DNA of 24,000 nucleotides from Candidatus Gastranaerophilaceae bacterium (GCA_031550975.1 JAVBOC010000001.1:69104-93103), one strand, 5' to 3'. Shown: positions 1 through 6,980, counted from the first letter of the stretch. The notes: generated by a model from the sequence alone, not told the origin. Numbers and translations: made by a program.

Positions 1-19
1 CAAGTAAGGGAAACAAACA

Positions 20-862
20 ATGGCAATAATTCTTGACGGTAAAAAATTAAACGAAAAAATCTTGTCCGGCTTGCGAGAAAGAGTTAAAAGCTTACCGCAA
101 AAACCTACGCTTGTGGTGATTTTGGTTGGCAATAATCCGTCGAGCGAGATTTATGTGAACAACAAGAAAAAGACCGCGCAGAGTCTCGGGATTAATTCGA
201 TTGTCCTAAATTATCCGACTGATGTGAGTGAAAAAGAGATTATAAATAAGATTGAAGAATTAAACAAAGACCCTGAAGTCAGTGCGATTTTGGTTCAAAT
301 GCCGCTGCCAAAACATATTAACAAGCACAATGTTATTAACGCGATTTGTCCCAAAAAAGACGTTGACGGCTTCACCCCGGAAAACTTTGGCCGCCTGTTT
401 TCTGACCAAAAACCTTACGTGTACCCTTGCACGCCAAAAGGGATTTTGCTGCTCTTGGATGAGTACGGTATTGAAATTGAGGGCAAACATGTTGCAATTA
501 TCGGGCGTTCACTAATTGTCGGAAAGCCGCTTGTGCAAATGATGCTTAACCGAAACGCAACGGTTTCAGTGTGTCACAGCCGCACCGAAAATCTCGCCCA
601 AATAACAAAAACTGCAGATATTGTTGTTTCTGCAGTGGGTAAAAAAATTGTAGGGGAAAAATTATTAAAATCGGGGTGTGTTGTTGTTGATGTGGGTATT
701 TTTAAAGACGAGTCCGGTAAAACTACCGGTGATGTTGATTTTGAAAATGTTTCAAAAGTTGCATCATATATTTCGTCCGTACCAGGCGGTGTGGGGCCGA
801 TGACTATCGCCGCACTTATGCTTAATACTGTTGAACTTGCCGAGCTATTAGCTGCCGATTAA
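20..862 (+). CDS. folD: Bifunctional methylene-THF dehydrogenase / methenyl-THF cyclohydrolase
   Basis: 280-aa ORF with typical FolD length and layout. N-terminus is MAIILDGKK. Other matches are VILVGNNPSSEIYVNNKKK, ILVQMPLP, KDVDGF, a GRSLIVGKP Rossmann segment and a C-terminal PGGVGPMT. An AAGGGA Shine-Dalgarno (SD) sequence lies about 8 nt upstream of the ATG. Confidence 0.95.
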   Translation: MAIILDGKKLNEKILSGLRERVKSLPQKPTLVVILVGNNPSSEIYVNNKKKTAQSLGINSIVLNYPTDVSEKEIINKIEELNKDPEVSAILVQMPLPKHINKHNVINAICPKKDVDGFTPENFGRLFSDQKPYVYPCTPKGILLLLDEYGIEIEGKHVAIIGRSLIVGKPLVQMMLNRNATVSVCHSRTENLAQITKTADIVVSAVGKKIVGEKLLKSGCVVVDVGIFKDESGKTTGDVDFENVSKVASYISSVPGGVGPMTIAALMLNTVELAELLAAD

Positions 863-1162
863 GTTCAAGCCGTTGCCGTTTTTAATGTTGTTATTAACGA
901 GTGTTTTCAATGCGTTAATTTCAGCATCCAGCAGTGTCAACTGAGAATCTAAACTATCTTTTTGAGTATCAAGAATCTCAGACTCTTTCTTGAGCATAAG
1001 ATAGTATGGATCTTCATCCGGTTCGTCGTTTACAGACTCAATCTCAGCCATTTCTTTTGTTTTCATGTTGTAACGGCCTAAAAGCAGTGTCATTTCGAAC
1101 TGAAGTTGACTCTTTTTTAAGTTGAACAGACTTTTCTGCGCATCAATTGCTAAAAATGTCAT
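848..1162 (-). CDS. Hypothetical small acidic coiled-coil protein (104 aa)
   Basis: The ORF track gives 848..1210. I prefer the internal ATG at 1162 (MTFLAIDAQK...) because AAGGAG lies 7 nt upstream. Heptad-like Leu/Ile spacing is present (LDSQLTLLDAEINALKTLV). It is the last gene of the co-directional polyprenyl synthase-lepB string. Its 3' end overlaps the folD 3' end by 15 nt. I recognise no family. Confidence 0.5.
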   Translation of the reverse strand: MTFLAIDAQKSLFNLKKSQLQFEMTLLLGRYNMKTKEMAEIESVNDEPDEDPYYLMLKKESEILDTQKDSLDSQLTLLDAEINALKTLVNNNIKNGNGLNLIGS

Positions 1163-1250
1163 CTCATCTCTCCTTGTGTTAATCGCTCTTATAAATATAA
1201 AGTATTTCAAAGAGGGCTGATTTCAATGACAATAGAATTCGTTACATATC

Positions 1251-1973
1251 TTAATACTGGTGGCCGGCTAGCGGTTTAGTGCGTTTTGGCGGCCAAAAAA
1301 GGAAGACGGCTTTACCGATAAATCTGTCTTCAGGTAAGAGTCCCCAATAGCGTCCGTCTTGTGAATTACCGCGGTTGTCGCCGAGCATCAGGTATTGTTT
1401 TTCAGGAATCTCAAAACGGCAGGTCACTTTGCCTTCGCAAAGAGGGTATTCGTAAGGGCTCATTACATAAGGTTCTTCAAGCGCTTTGTTGTTAACATAA
1501 ACTGTATATTTCCCCCCGAAATCTGATTTAATTTCAATATTGTCGCCCGGCATCCCGATTACGCGTTTAATATATGCGATATCTTTGCAGAAAAAGCCTG
1601 TTAATCTCTCGAAAACTTTTACGGGGGTTTTAGGCAGTTTTTCAAAAGGCGGATAAAATACCATTATGTCGCCGCGCTGTGGGGTTGAGTAGAATCTCGA
1701 AAATCTTTCTATAGCGATTCTGTCCCCTTCAACAAGGGTCGGTCTCATAGAGCCTGACGGAATCCATCGGATTTCAACGATAAAAAATCTTATAATTATA
1801 ACCATTACAATAACGAAAACGATGGTTTCAACAACCTCTTTTATAATAGCGATATTTTTTTCCTTGCGGGTTAATTTATTCCACTCGTCTTTGCGCTGGG
1901 CTTTTTCTTCCCTGGATTTTTCTGCCGCGCATTTGATTTTGTCGCATAAATATTTATAAATTCTCACTACCAT
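1251..1973 (-). CDS. lepB: Signal peptidase I
   Basis: An N-terminal TM segment is followed by the catalytic Ser box IPSGSMRPTL. The Lys box YIKRVIGMPGD and GDNRGNSQDGRYWG are also present. The track start at 1997 is a TTG codon, so I chose the ATG at 1973. The start is uncertain by 8 codons. Confidence 0.9.
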   Translation of the reverse strand: MVVRIYKYLCDKIKCAAEKSREEKAQRKDEWNKLTRKEKNIAIIKEVVETIVFVIVMVIIIRFFIVEIRWIPSGSMRPTLVEGDRIAIERFSRFYSTPQRGDIMVFYPPFEKLPKTPVKVFERLTGFFCKDIAYIKRVIGMPGDNIEIKSDFGGKYTVYVNNKALEEPYVMSPYEYPLCEGKVTCRFEIPEKQYLMLGDNRGNSQDGRYWGLLPEDRFIGKAVFLFWPPKRTKPLAGHQY

Positions 1974-2739
1974 CTTTAAAAAGCTCCAAAAGCGCAACCA
2001 GCGCCTGTTTGTATTTATTATCTTCTAAACAATACACATATTCAAGTGCTTTGTTCAGGTACTCCTCCAGCATATCATGTGTCGCAGGTGTGTTGCAAAT
2101 ACCCACTTCGGCATCTTTTTTGATACCCGCAAGGTCGTTGTGAATTTGAAAAGCAATCCCGAAGTTTTTGCCGAATTCCCTGCCAGAACCTTCATCTAAT
2201 CCACAACCTGCAAGAGTTGTTGCAAAAAGCGATGCTGTTTTTTGCTCGGTTTTTTGCAAGTATTCTTCTTTGGTAGGGTTTTTAAAAAGGTTATACTGTT
2301 GGCTCAGTTCCCCGAGGCACATTTCTTCCATGGTCTTCGAAAGAAGGGAAATATAGCGCGCACTTCCTTCATTTACCCCGGTTATCTCCAACATTGCTTG
2401 TGAGAGCAAAAAATCCCCGCAAATAACAGCCAGTTTTGTGCCAAGTTCAATATTAAGGCTTTTCCCGCCGCGTCTGCTGTTGCTGTTATCAATTATGTCA
2501 TCGTGGATTAACGAGGCATTGTGGATTAATTCAATTGCCGTTAAAAACGAATATTGATCAGAGGTCGGAGCTTTGTCTAATGCGCGCATATACAAAAACG
2601 CCAAAAGCGGACGGATTCTCTTTGATGGTGCTGTCAAAAACTCATTCAGAGAGGAATTAACCGGAAAGATTGCAGCAAGTTTTTCATTTATTATTGCAAG
2701 GTCATCCCTTACTATTTCTGATATATCAGCGTAATTCAT
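1954..2739 (-). CDS. trans-Polyprenyl diphosphate synthase family protein (short, atypical second Asp-rich motif)
   Basis: The first Asp-rich motif is intact (LIHDDIIDNSNSRRG). A KRIRPLL box is present upstream. The second motif region reads GIAFQIHNDLAGI where GxxFQxxDDxxD is expected. The start is moved to the ATG at 2739 (MNYADISE...) because codons 1-46 of the 1954..2877 track ORF translate an intergenic palindromic repeat. Confidence 0.8.
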   Translation of the reverse strand: MNYADISEIVRDDLAIINEKLAAIFPVNSSLNEFLTAPSKRIRPLLAFLYMRALDKAPTSDQYSFLTAIELIHNASLIHDDIIDNSNSRRGGKSLNIELGTKLAVICGDFLLSQAMLEITGVNEGSARYISLLSKTMEEMCLGELSQQYNLFKNPTKEEYLQKTEQKTASLFATTLAGCGLDEGSGREFGKNFGIAFQIHNDLAGIKKDAEVGICNTPATHDMLEEYLNKALEYVYCLEDNKYKQALVALLELFKDGSENL

Positions 2740-2779
2740 GTGTTTAATCTTAACATAAACAACCCGTGCCTGTGTTAAT

Positions 2780-2860
2780 GTCATTGCGAGCGTTAGCGAA
2801 GCAATCCAGCAAATATATTCTGGATTGCCACGTCGGCACATTATGCCTCCTCGCAATGAC
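2780..2860. mobile_element. GTCAT-family nested-palindrome element, ATTGC-arm subtype (81 bp)
   Basis: The termini gtcattgcgag (2780-2790) and ctcgcaatgac (2850-2860) are perfect 11-bp inverted repeats. Each arm closes with ATTGC...GCAAT. The central stem is gcaatccag/ctggattgc around caaatatatt. It has the same GTC-AT[stem]AT-C architecture as the other copies in the window. Confidence 0.75.
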
Positions 2861-2964
2861 TTTATATTTCTTACCATATACAGGAGGCTAGCAAAAAAAA
2901 ATATGCCCGGACTTTATACTACTATAGGCTATACATTAAAAGAACCAATTAGACCAACGAAGGG

Positions 2965-2992
2965 TTGAAATAAACCAAAAGTCTGTTAAAAT
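2965..2992 (+). promoter_or_regulatory. Putative sigma70-type promoter for the 49-aa ORF
   Basis: TTGAAA (2965-2970), a 16-nt spacer, then TAAAAT (2987-2992). It lies about 32 nt upstream of the ATG at 3025. Confidence 0.4.
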
Positions 2993-3024
2993 GTAGATAA
3001 CTTATAACGAAAAGGAATGATATT

Positions 3025-3174
3025 ATGGACGTAATGAAGATTAAAGAAATTTTTAGTTATATGGAAGATGATGTTCGCAAGACTAAAATGGTCATCAGCG
3101 AAGGCGGCAGAGACACCGAAATTATCCTTGAGGGTAACGGCAAACTTAGTGTAGTTGCAGGGGTCGGCAACTAG
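3025..3174 (+). CDS. Hypothetical 49-aa protein (below the ORF-track cutoff)
   Basis: Hand translation: MDVMKIKEIFSYMEDDVRKTKMVISEGGRDTEIILEGNGKLSVVAGVGN*. AAGGAA lies 7 nt upstream of the ATG, and a promoter-like TTGAAA/TAAAAT pair lies upstream. The sequence is not repeat-derived. There is no recognisable family. Confidence 0.4.
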   Translation: MDVMKIKEIFSYMEDDVRKTKMVISEGGRDTEIILEGNGKLSVVAGVGN

Positions 3175-3186
3175 GGGTAAATATAC

Positions 3187-3217
3187 TAATCCCTAATCCC
3201 TAGTCCCTAGTCCCTAA
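3187..3217. repeat. Heptanucleotide tandem repeat (TAATCCC)2(TAGTCCC)2TAA
   Basis: Four contiguous 7-nt units, read directly: taatccc taatccc tagtccc tagtccc. They run up to the uvrA stop codon at 3218-3220. The upstream CTAGGG (3171-3176) can pair with either CCCTAG copy. Confidence 0.9.
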
Positions 3218-6046
3218 TTATAATACTTGTTTTAAATATTGTCCTGTGAATGACTTTTTATTCGCGGCGATTTCTTGCGGGGTTCCTTCGGCGATAATTT
3301 GTCCGCCGCCTGTGCCGCCTTCAGGGCCAAGATCGATTACGTTATCTGCAACTTTGATTAAGTCGAGGTTGTGTTCAATTATAAGAATTGTGTTTCCTTG
3401 GTCAGCAAGAGTTTGGAGGATTTTGATTAATTTATCTAAATCTGACCAGTGAAGCCCGACTGATGGTTCGTCAAGCAGGTAGAGGGTTTTGCCGGTTGCG
3501 CGCTTGTTGAGTTCTGAAGCCAGTTTAATCCGCTGTGCTTCCCCGCCAGAGAGTGTTGTTGCGCTCTGACCGAGTTTTATATAATCAAGTCCGACGTCGT
3601 TTAAGGTCTGGAGTTTGTTTTTAATTGACGGAACATTTTCAAAGAATTCCAGCGCTTCTTTTACGCTCATATCAAGTACGTCGGAGATATTTTTGCCTTT
3701 GTATTTGACTTCTAAAGTCTCTCGATTGTAGCGTTTTCCGTTGCAAACATTACATTTAACATAAACGTCAGAGAGGAAATTCATCTCAATTTTGATTAAA
3801 CCGTCTCCTTTGCAGGCCTCGCAGCGGCCGCCTTTGACGTTGAAGCTGAATCTGCCGGGTTTATAACCGCGCAGTTTTGATTCGTTGGTCTTTGAATAAA
3901 GGTCGCGGATTTGCGTGAAGACATCTGTATAAGTCGCAGGGTTTGAACGCGGGGTGCGTCCGATTGGCGATTGGTCGATATCAATGACTTTATCAATGAA
4001 TTCAAAACCGTCGATGCTGTCGACTCCTTGCGGTTTTGGTTTGTTGCCGCGCAGCTTGTGGAGTGCATATTCGTAAATCAAATCCTGCATTAAACTTGAT
4101 TTGCCGGAACCTGAAACGCCGGTTAAGACGTTAATTTTACCCATCGGGATGTCAACGTCAACATTTTTTAAGTTGTTTATGTGCGCGTTTTTTACTCGTA
4201 AAAATTCGCCGTTTCCTTCGCGGATTTCTTTTGGAACAGGAATAGATTTTGCCCCGCCAAGGTATTTGCCCGTGATGGAGCGTTTTGCGTTAATAATATC
4301 TTCCAATGTGCCGCGTGCGACGATTTCACCGCCGTTTACACCTGCTTTTGGCCCGATATCGACTATATAATCAGCGTTTCTGATAGTTTCTTCATCGTGT
4401 TCGACCACAATCAGGGTGTTTCCGAGGTTGCGTAATCTGATTAAAGTATGGATTAAACGCTCGTTATCGCGCTGGTGCAGCCCGATTGAAGGCTCATCAA
4501 GTACATAAAGAACTCCTGAGAGTCCGCTGCCGATTTGGGTCGCAAGCCTGATTCTTTGGGCTTCTCCGCCGGAAAGCGTGCCTGCCATACGTGCTAAATT
4601 TAAATAAGTTAGACCGACGTCTTTTAAAAATTTCAATCGCGCGCGAATTTCGTCTAAAATCTGTTTTGCAATGTGCAAATGGTATTCGCCCAACTCCAGA
4701 TACAAATCTTCGACAAAGTTGTACGCTTCGTCAATCGGCATGAGGGTAAATTCGTAAATGTTTACACCCTTGATTCTTACTGCCAGCGGGAATGCCCGCA
4801 AACGTGCACCGCCACAGGATTCGCACGGGGTCATAATCATGTATTTTTCAATTTCTTCGCGCCAATATTCGCCGTCAGACTCGTTATATCTTTTCATCAG
4901 ATAATTCACCACGCCCGGATATGCCTGCCAGCGCGATTCGTAGCGCTTTGTCATAAAAGAGCGGATGCGCATTTTTATTATCTCCGGAGAACCGTAGAGC
5001 AAAATTTCTTGATGCTCTTTTGGCAAATCCTTGAACGGAGTATCAAGATCTATCCCAAAATGTTGTGAAACGCCTTTTAACATATCATCATAATATGCGG
5101 CTGCAGATTTTGCCCACGGGTAAATCGCTCCATCATTAACGGATTTTGTCTTATCAGGTACCACCAAATCCGCCGACACGTGGTAATCAATTCCGACCCC
5201 GCGGCATCTTTCGCACGCTCCGTAAGGCGCGTTGAACGAGAAAATTCTTGGTGCAAGTTCTTCAAAACTCAAATGACATTTCGGGCAAGAGAGTTTTTCA
5301 CTATAAATTATTTCTTTGCCGTCAACATCAACTACTGCAAGCCCGTCGGCTTTTTGCAATGCGATTTGAACGCTGTCTGCGATACGCGATTGTGCTTCGG
5401 ACTTTATTACAATCCTATCCACAACCACGTGAATATTATGTTTCACGGTTTTTGCAAGTTTAATTTCGTCTTCGTCGAGGTTATAAATTTCATCGTCGAT
5501 TTTTACCCGCACAAAACCTTCTTGGCGAAGTTCTTCTAAAAGCGACTGGAATTCGCCCTTTTTGCCCTGCACGATTGGCGCCAAAATCTGTATCTTAGAA
5601 CCCTCAGACAGTTTCATAATACTGTTTACAATCTCATCCAATGTCTGCGGACTTACAGGCTCTCCGCACTCCGGGCAAAACGGTGTTCCCGCGCGCGCAT
5701 AAAGTAAGCGCAAATAATCATAAATCTCTGTAACCGTTCCCACAGTGGAACGCGGGTTATTATGAGTGGATTTTTGGTCGATAGAAATCGCCGGTGAAAG
5801 CCCGTCAATGTGTTCAACATCAGGCTTGTCCATCTGCCCCAAAAACTGCCGCGCATAGGTCGAAAGACTCTCAACATAGCGTCTTTGACCTTCTGCAAAA
5901 ATCGTATCAAATGCCAACGAGCTTTTGCCCGAACCGGAAACCCCGGTAAAAACTATCAGCTCATTTTTCGGTAATTCCAACGAAACATTTTTTAAATTAT
6001 GTTCCCTAGCCCCTTTAATTGTAATAACGTCTTTCATGCTAAACAT
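3218..6046 (-). CDS. uvrA: Excinuclease ABC subunit A
   Basis: 942 aa. N-terminus is IKGAREHNLKNV. Two Walker A boxes (GVSGSGKSSLAFDT and GVSGSGKSSL) and two ABC signatures (LSGGEAQRIRLA and LSGGEAQRIKLA) are present. The CxxC zinc modules are CPECG, CPKC and CEACKGDG...CNVCNG. Confidence 0.97.
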   Translation of the reverse strand: MFSMKDVITIKGAREHNLKNVSLELPKNELIVFTGVSGSGKSSLAFDTIFAEGQRRYVESLSTYARQFLGQMDKPDVEHIDGLSPAISIDQKSTHNNPRSTVGTVTEIYDYLRLLYARAGTPFCPECGEPVSPQTLDEIVNSIMKLSEGSKIQILAPIVQGKKGEFQSLLEELRQEGFVRVKIDDEIYNLDEDEIKLAKTVKHNIHVVVDRIVIKSEAQSRIADSVQIALQKADGLAVVDVDGKEIIYSEKLSCPKCHLSFEELAPRIFSFNAPYGACERCRGVGIDYHVSADLVVPDKTKSVNDGAIYPWAKSAAAYYDDMLKGVSQHFGIDLDTPFKDLPKEHQEILLYGSPEIIKMRIRSFMTKRYESRWQAYPGVVNYLMKRYNESDGEYWREEIEKYMIMTPCESCGGARLRAFPLAVRIKGVNIYEFTLMPIDEAYNFVEDLYLELGEYHLHIAKQILDEIRARLKFLKDVGLTYLNLARMAGTLSGGEAQRIRLATQIGSGLSGVLYVLDEPSIGLHQRDNERLIHTLIRLRNLGNTLIVVEHDEETIRNADYIVDIGPKAGVNGGEIVARGTLEDIINAKRSITGKYLGGAKSIPVPKEIREGNGEFLRVKNAHINNLKNVDVDIPMGKINVLTGVSGSGKSSLMQDLIYEYALHKLRGNKPKPQGVDSIDGFEFIDKVIDIDQSPIGRTPRSNPATYTDVFTQIRDLYSKTNESKLRGYKPGRFSFNVKGGRCEACKGDGLIKIEMNFLSDVYVKCNVCNGKRYNRETLEVKYKGKNISDVLDMSVKEALEFFENVPSIKNKLQTLNDVGLDYIKLGQSATTLSGGEAQRIKLASELNKRATGKTLYLLDEPSVGLHWSDLDKLIKILQTLADQGNTILIIEHNLDLIKVADNVIDLGPEGGTGGGQIIAEGTPQEIAANKKSFTGQYLKQVL

Positions 6047-6074
6047 TATGACATGAAATAATTATAAAATAAAA

Positions 6075-6155
6075 TGACGGTGAAGGGACTTGAACCCCCA
6101 CGGATTACTCCTTGCGCACCTGAAGCGCACGCGTCTACCATTCCGCCACACCGCC
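6075..6155 (-). tRNA. tRNA-Leu (anticodon CAG), type II with long variable arm, CCA not encoded
   Basis: Minus-strand read: GGCGGTG TG GCG GAATGGTAGA CGC G TGCGC TTCAGGT GCGCA AGGAGTAATCCGT GGGGG TTCAAGT CCCTT CACCGTC A. The acceptor stem has 7 bp (one G-U). The D stem has 3 bp and the anticodon stem 5 bp, with loop TT-CAG-GT. The variable arm is 13 nt and the T-loop is TTCAAGT. Confidence 0.9.
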
Positions 6156-6221
6156 ATGATTGATATTAAATTTCCACTATGCATGTAGGATTGTTTGTGG
6201 CGGATGTACTTCGTCCAGAAG

Positions 6222-6268
6222 TACCCTCTCCCAAAACAACACTTAGTTGTTTTGCTCGGCAGAGTGCC
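6222..6268 (-). repeat. CAAAAC-hairpin repeat module (solo copy)
   Basis: Minus-strand read: ggcACTCTGCCGAgCAAAACaacTAAGTgttGTTTTGgGAGAGGGta. It aligns position for position with 19121-19166 on the plus strand. Both form a 9-bp stem with a TAAGT loop. The three inner stem pairs differ (aac/gtt versus gat/atc) yet remain complementary. Confidence 0.75.
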
Positions 6269-6322
6269 ACACCGCCCTGTTTGCCTTATCTAATAATAAC
6301 ATGAAAAACTACCAATATTGCC

Positions 6323-6468
6323 TGTCATCCTGAACTTGATTCAGGATCTTCCACCGACGCATCTGGTTTAGACTGCCAAGCATTAATTATTATTATTATT
6401 TGCAGAAATGCTTTTAGGCTATAACCCAAAATCATCAGCCTAGATCCTGAATCAAGTTCAGGATGACA
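6323..6468. mobile_element. GTCAT-family element, simple-hairpin-arm subtype (146 bp, perfect 26-bp TIRs)
   Basis: tgtcatcctgaacttgattcaggatc (6323-6348) is the exact reverse complement of 6443-6468. Each TIR itself contains an 8-bp hairpin, ATCCTGAA-cttga-TTCAGGAT. The interior holds an (ATT)5 tract flanked by aagcatt/aatgctt, plus a taggct/agccta stem. No coding capacity. Confidence 0.85.
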
Positions 6469-6501
6469 ATAAAAAAGAGGCTTATCTGATGATAAACCTC
6501 T
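6469..6501 (-). terminator. Rho-independent terminator of hup
   Basis: Minus-strand RNA: AGAGGUUUAUC-AUCA-GAUAAGCCUCU, an 11-bp stem with one G-U pair, followed by UUUUUAUU. The same position is a C-A mismatch on the plus strand, so the hairpin is orientation-biased toward hup. Confidence 0.75.
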
Positions 6502-6533
6502 TTCATAGTTTTAACTCAAACTATCTTGGAGTT

Positions 6534-6620
6534 GGATTATTCGGGTCGTCGCAAAAGCGTGGTTTTGCTCCAACTGACGGGTTCGCTCGCTTACGCTCGA
6601 CTACACCCTACCGAAAATCC
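6534..6620 (-). repeat. Stop-codon-abutting structured element, copy B (hup 3' UTR)
   Basis: Minus-strand read after the hup TAG: T GGATTTTCGG ... GCAAAA-CCACGC-TTTTGC ... CCGAATAATCC. It is homologous to 8541-8616 on the plus strand. The closing stem is GGATTTTCGG/CCGAATAATCC. Confidence 0.7.
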
Positions 6621-6621
6621 A

Positions 6622-6900
6622 CTATTTTCCGTTAACGATAGTTTTGAATTTTTTACCTGCTGAGAAAGCTGGAACTGTTCTTGCAGGGATTTTAAGTTCT
6701 TTACCAGTTTGTGGGTTTCTGCCTGTTCTAGCAGCTCTTTTGCGAGCTTCGAAAGTACCAAAACCAACTAAAGTAACTTTTTTACCTTTAGAAACTGTTT
6801 TTTGGATTGTATCTACCCAAGCGCTCAATACTTCCGCAGCATCTTTTTGAGTTACGCTAGCTTTTTTAGCTATCTCTTGTACTAATTCTTCTTTGTTCAT
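6622..6900 (-). CDS. hup: DNA-binding protein HU
   Basis: 92 aa. MNKEELVQEIAKKASVTQKDAAEVL, VTLVGFGTFEARKRAARTGRNPQTG and IPARTVPAFSAGKKFK are classic HU/IHF-family signatures. Confidence 0.95.
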   Translation of the reverse strand: MNKEELVQEIAKKASVTQKDAAEVLSAWVDTIQKTVSKGKKVTLVGFGTFEARKRAARTGRNPQTGKELKIPARTVPAFSAGKKFKTIVNGK

Positions 6901-6980
6901 AATGAAACTCCCTTTCTATAGTGTACATGCCCTATAATAGCAGATTTTTTTTAAAACGCAATAGTTGTAACGTTTTTTTA

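Noticed and set aside
3187-3217. The TTAGGGA/CTAGGGA heptamers considered as telomere-like repeats marking a linear replicon end
   Set aside because: There are only four units, embedded between two intact convergent genes in a continuous sequence. A second array lies inside a coding region. This is consistent with dispersed short tandem repeats, not telomeres.
3246-5910. Multiple 60-130 aa ORFs on both strands within the uvrA span (for example 4673..5068 and 5180..5539)
   Set aside because: All lie inside the uninterrupted 942-aa uvrA frame, which has full-length conserved motifs. They are alternative-frame artefacts.
6145-6278. An 11-nt match gccacaccgcc (6145-6155 in tRNA-Leu and 6267-6277), considered as a tRNA-derived att site of an integrated element
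   Set aside because: The match is short and corresponds to the 5' end of the tRNA rather than the 3' end. No integrase or cargo lies between or beside the copies. The intervening DNA is only about 110 bp of repeat-like hairpins.
6160-6322. Search for a known housekeeping ncRNA (SRP RNA, 6S, RNase P, tmRNA) in the 466-bp tRNA-hup gap
   Set aside because: I could find no conserved cores, such as the SRP GGAA/AGCA symmetric-loop motif, RNase P GGAGGAAAGUCC or a tmRNA tag ORF. The region is explained by repeat modules, a MITE-like element, the hup terminator and the stop-abutting element.
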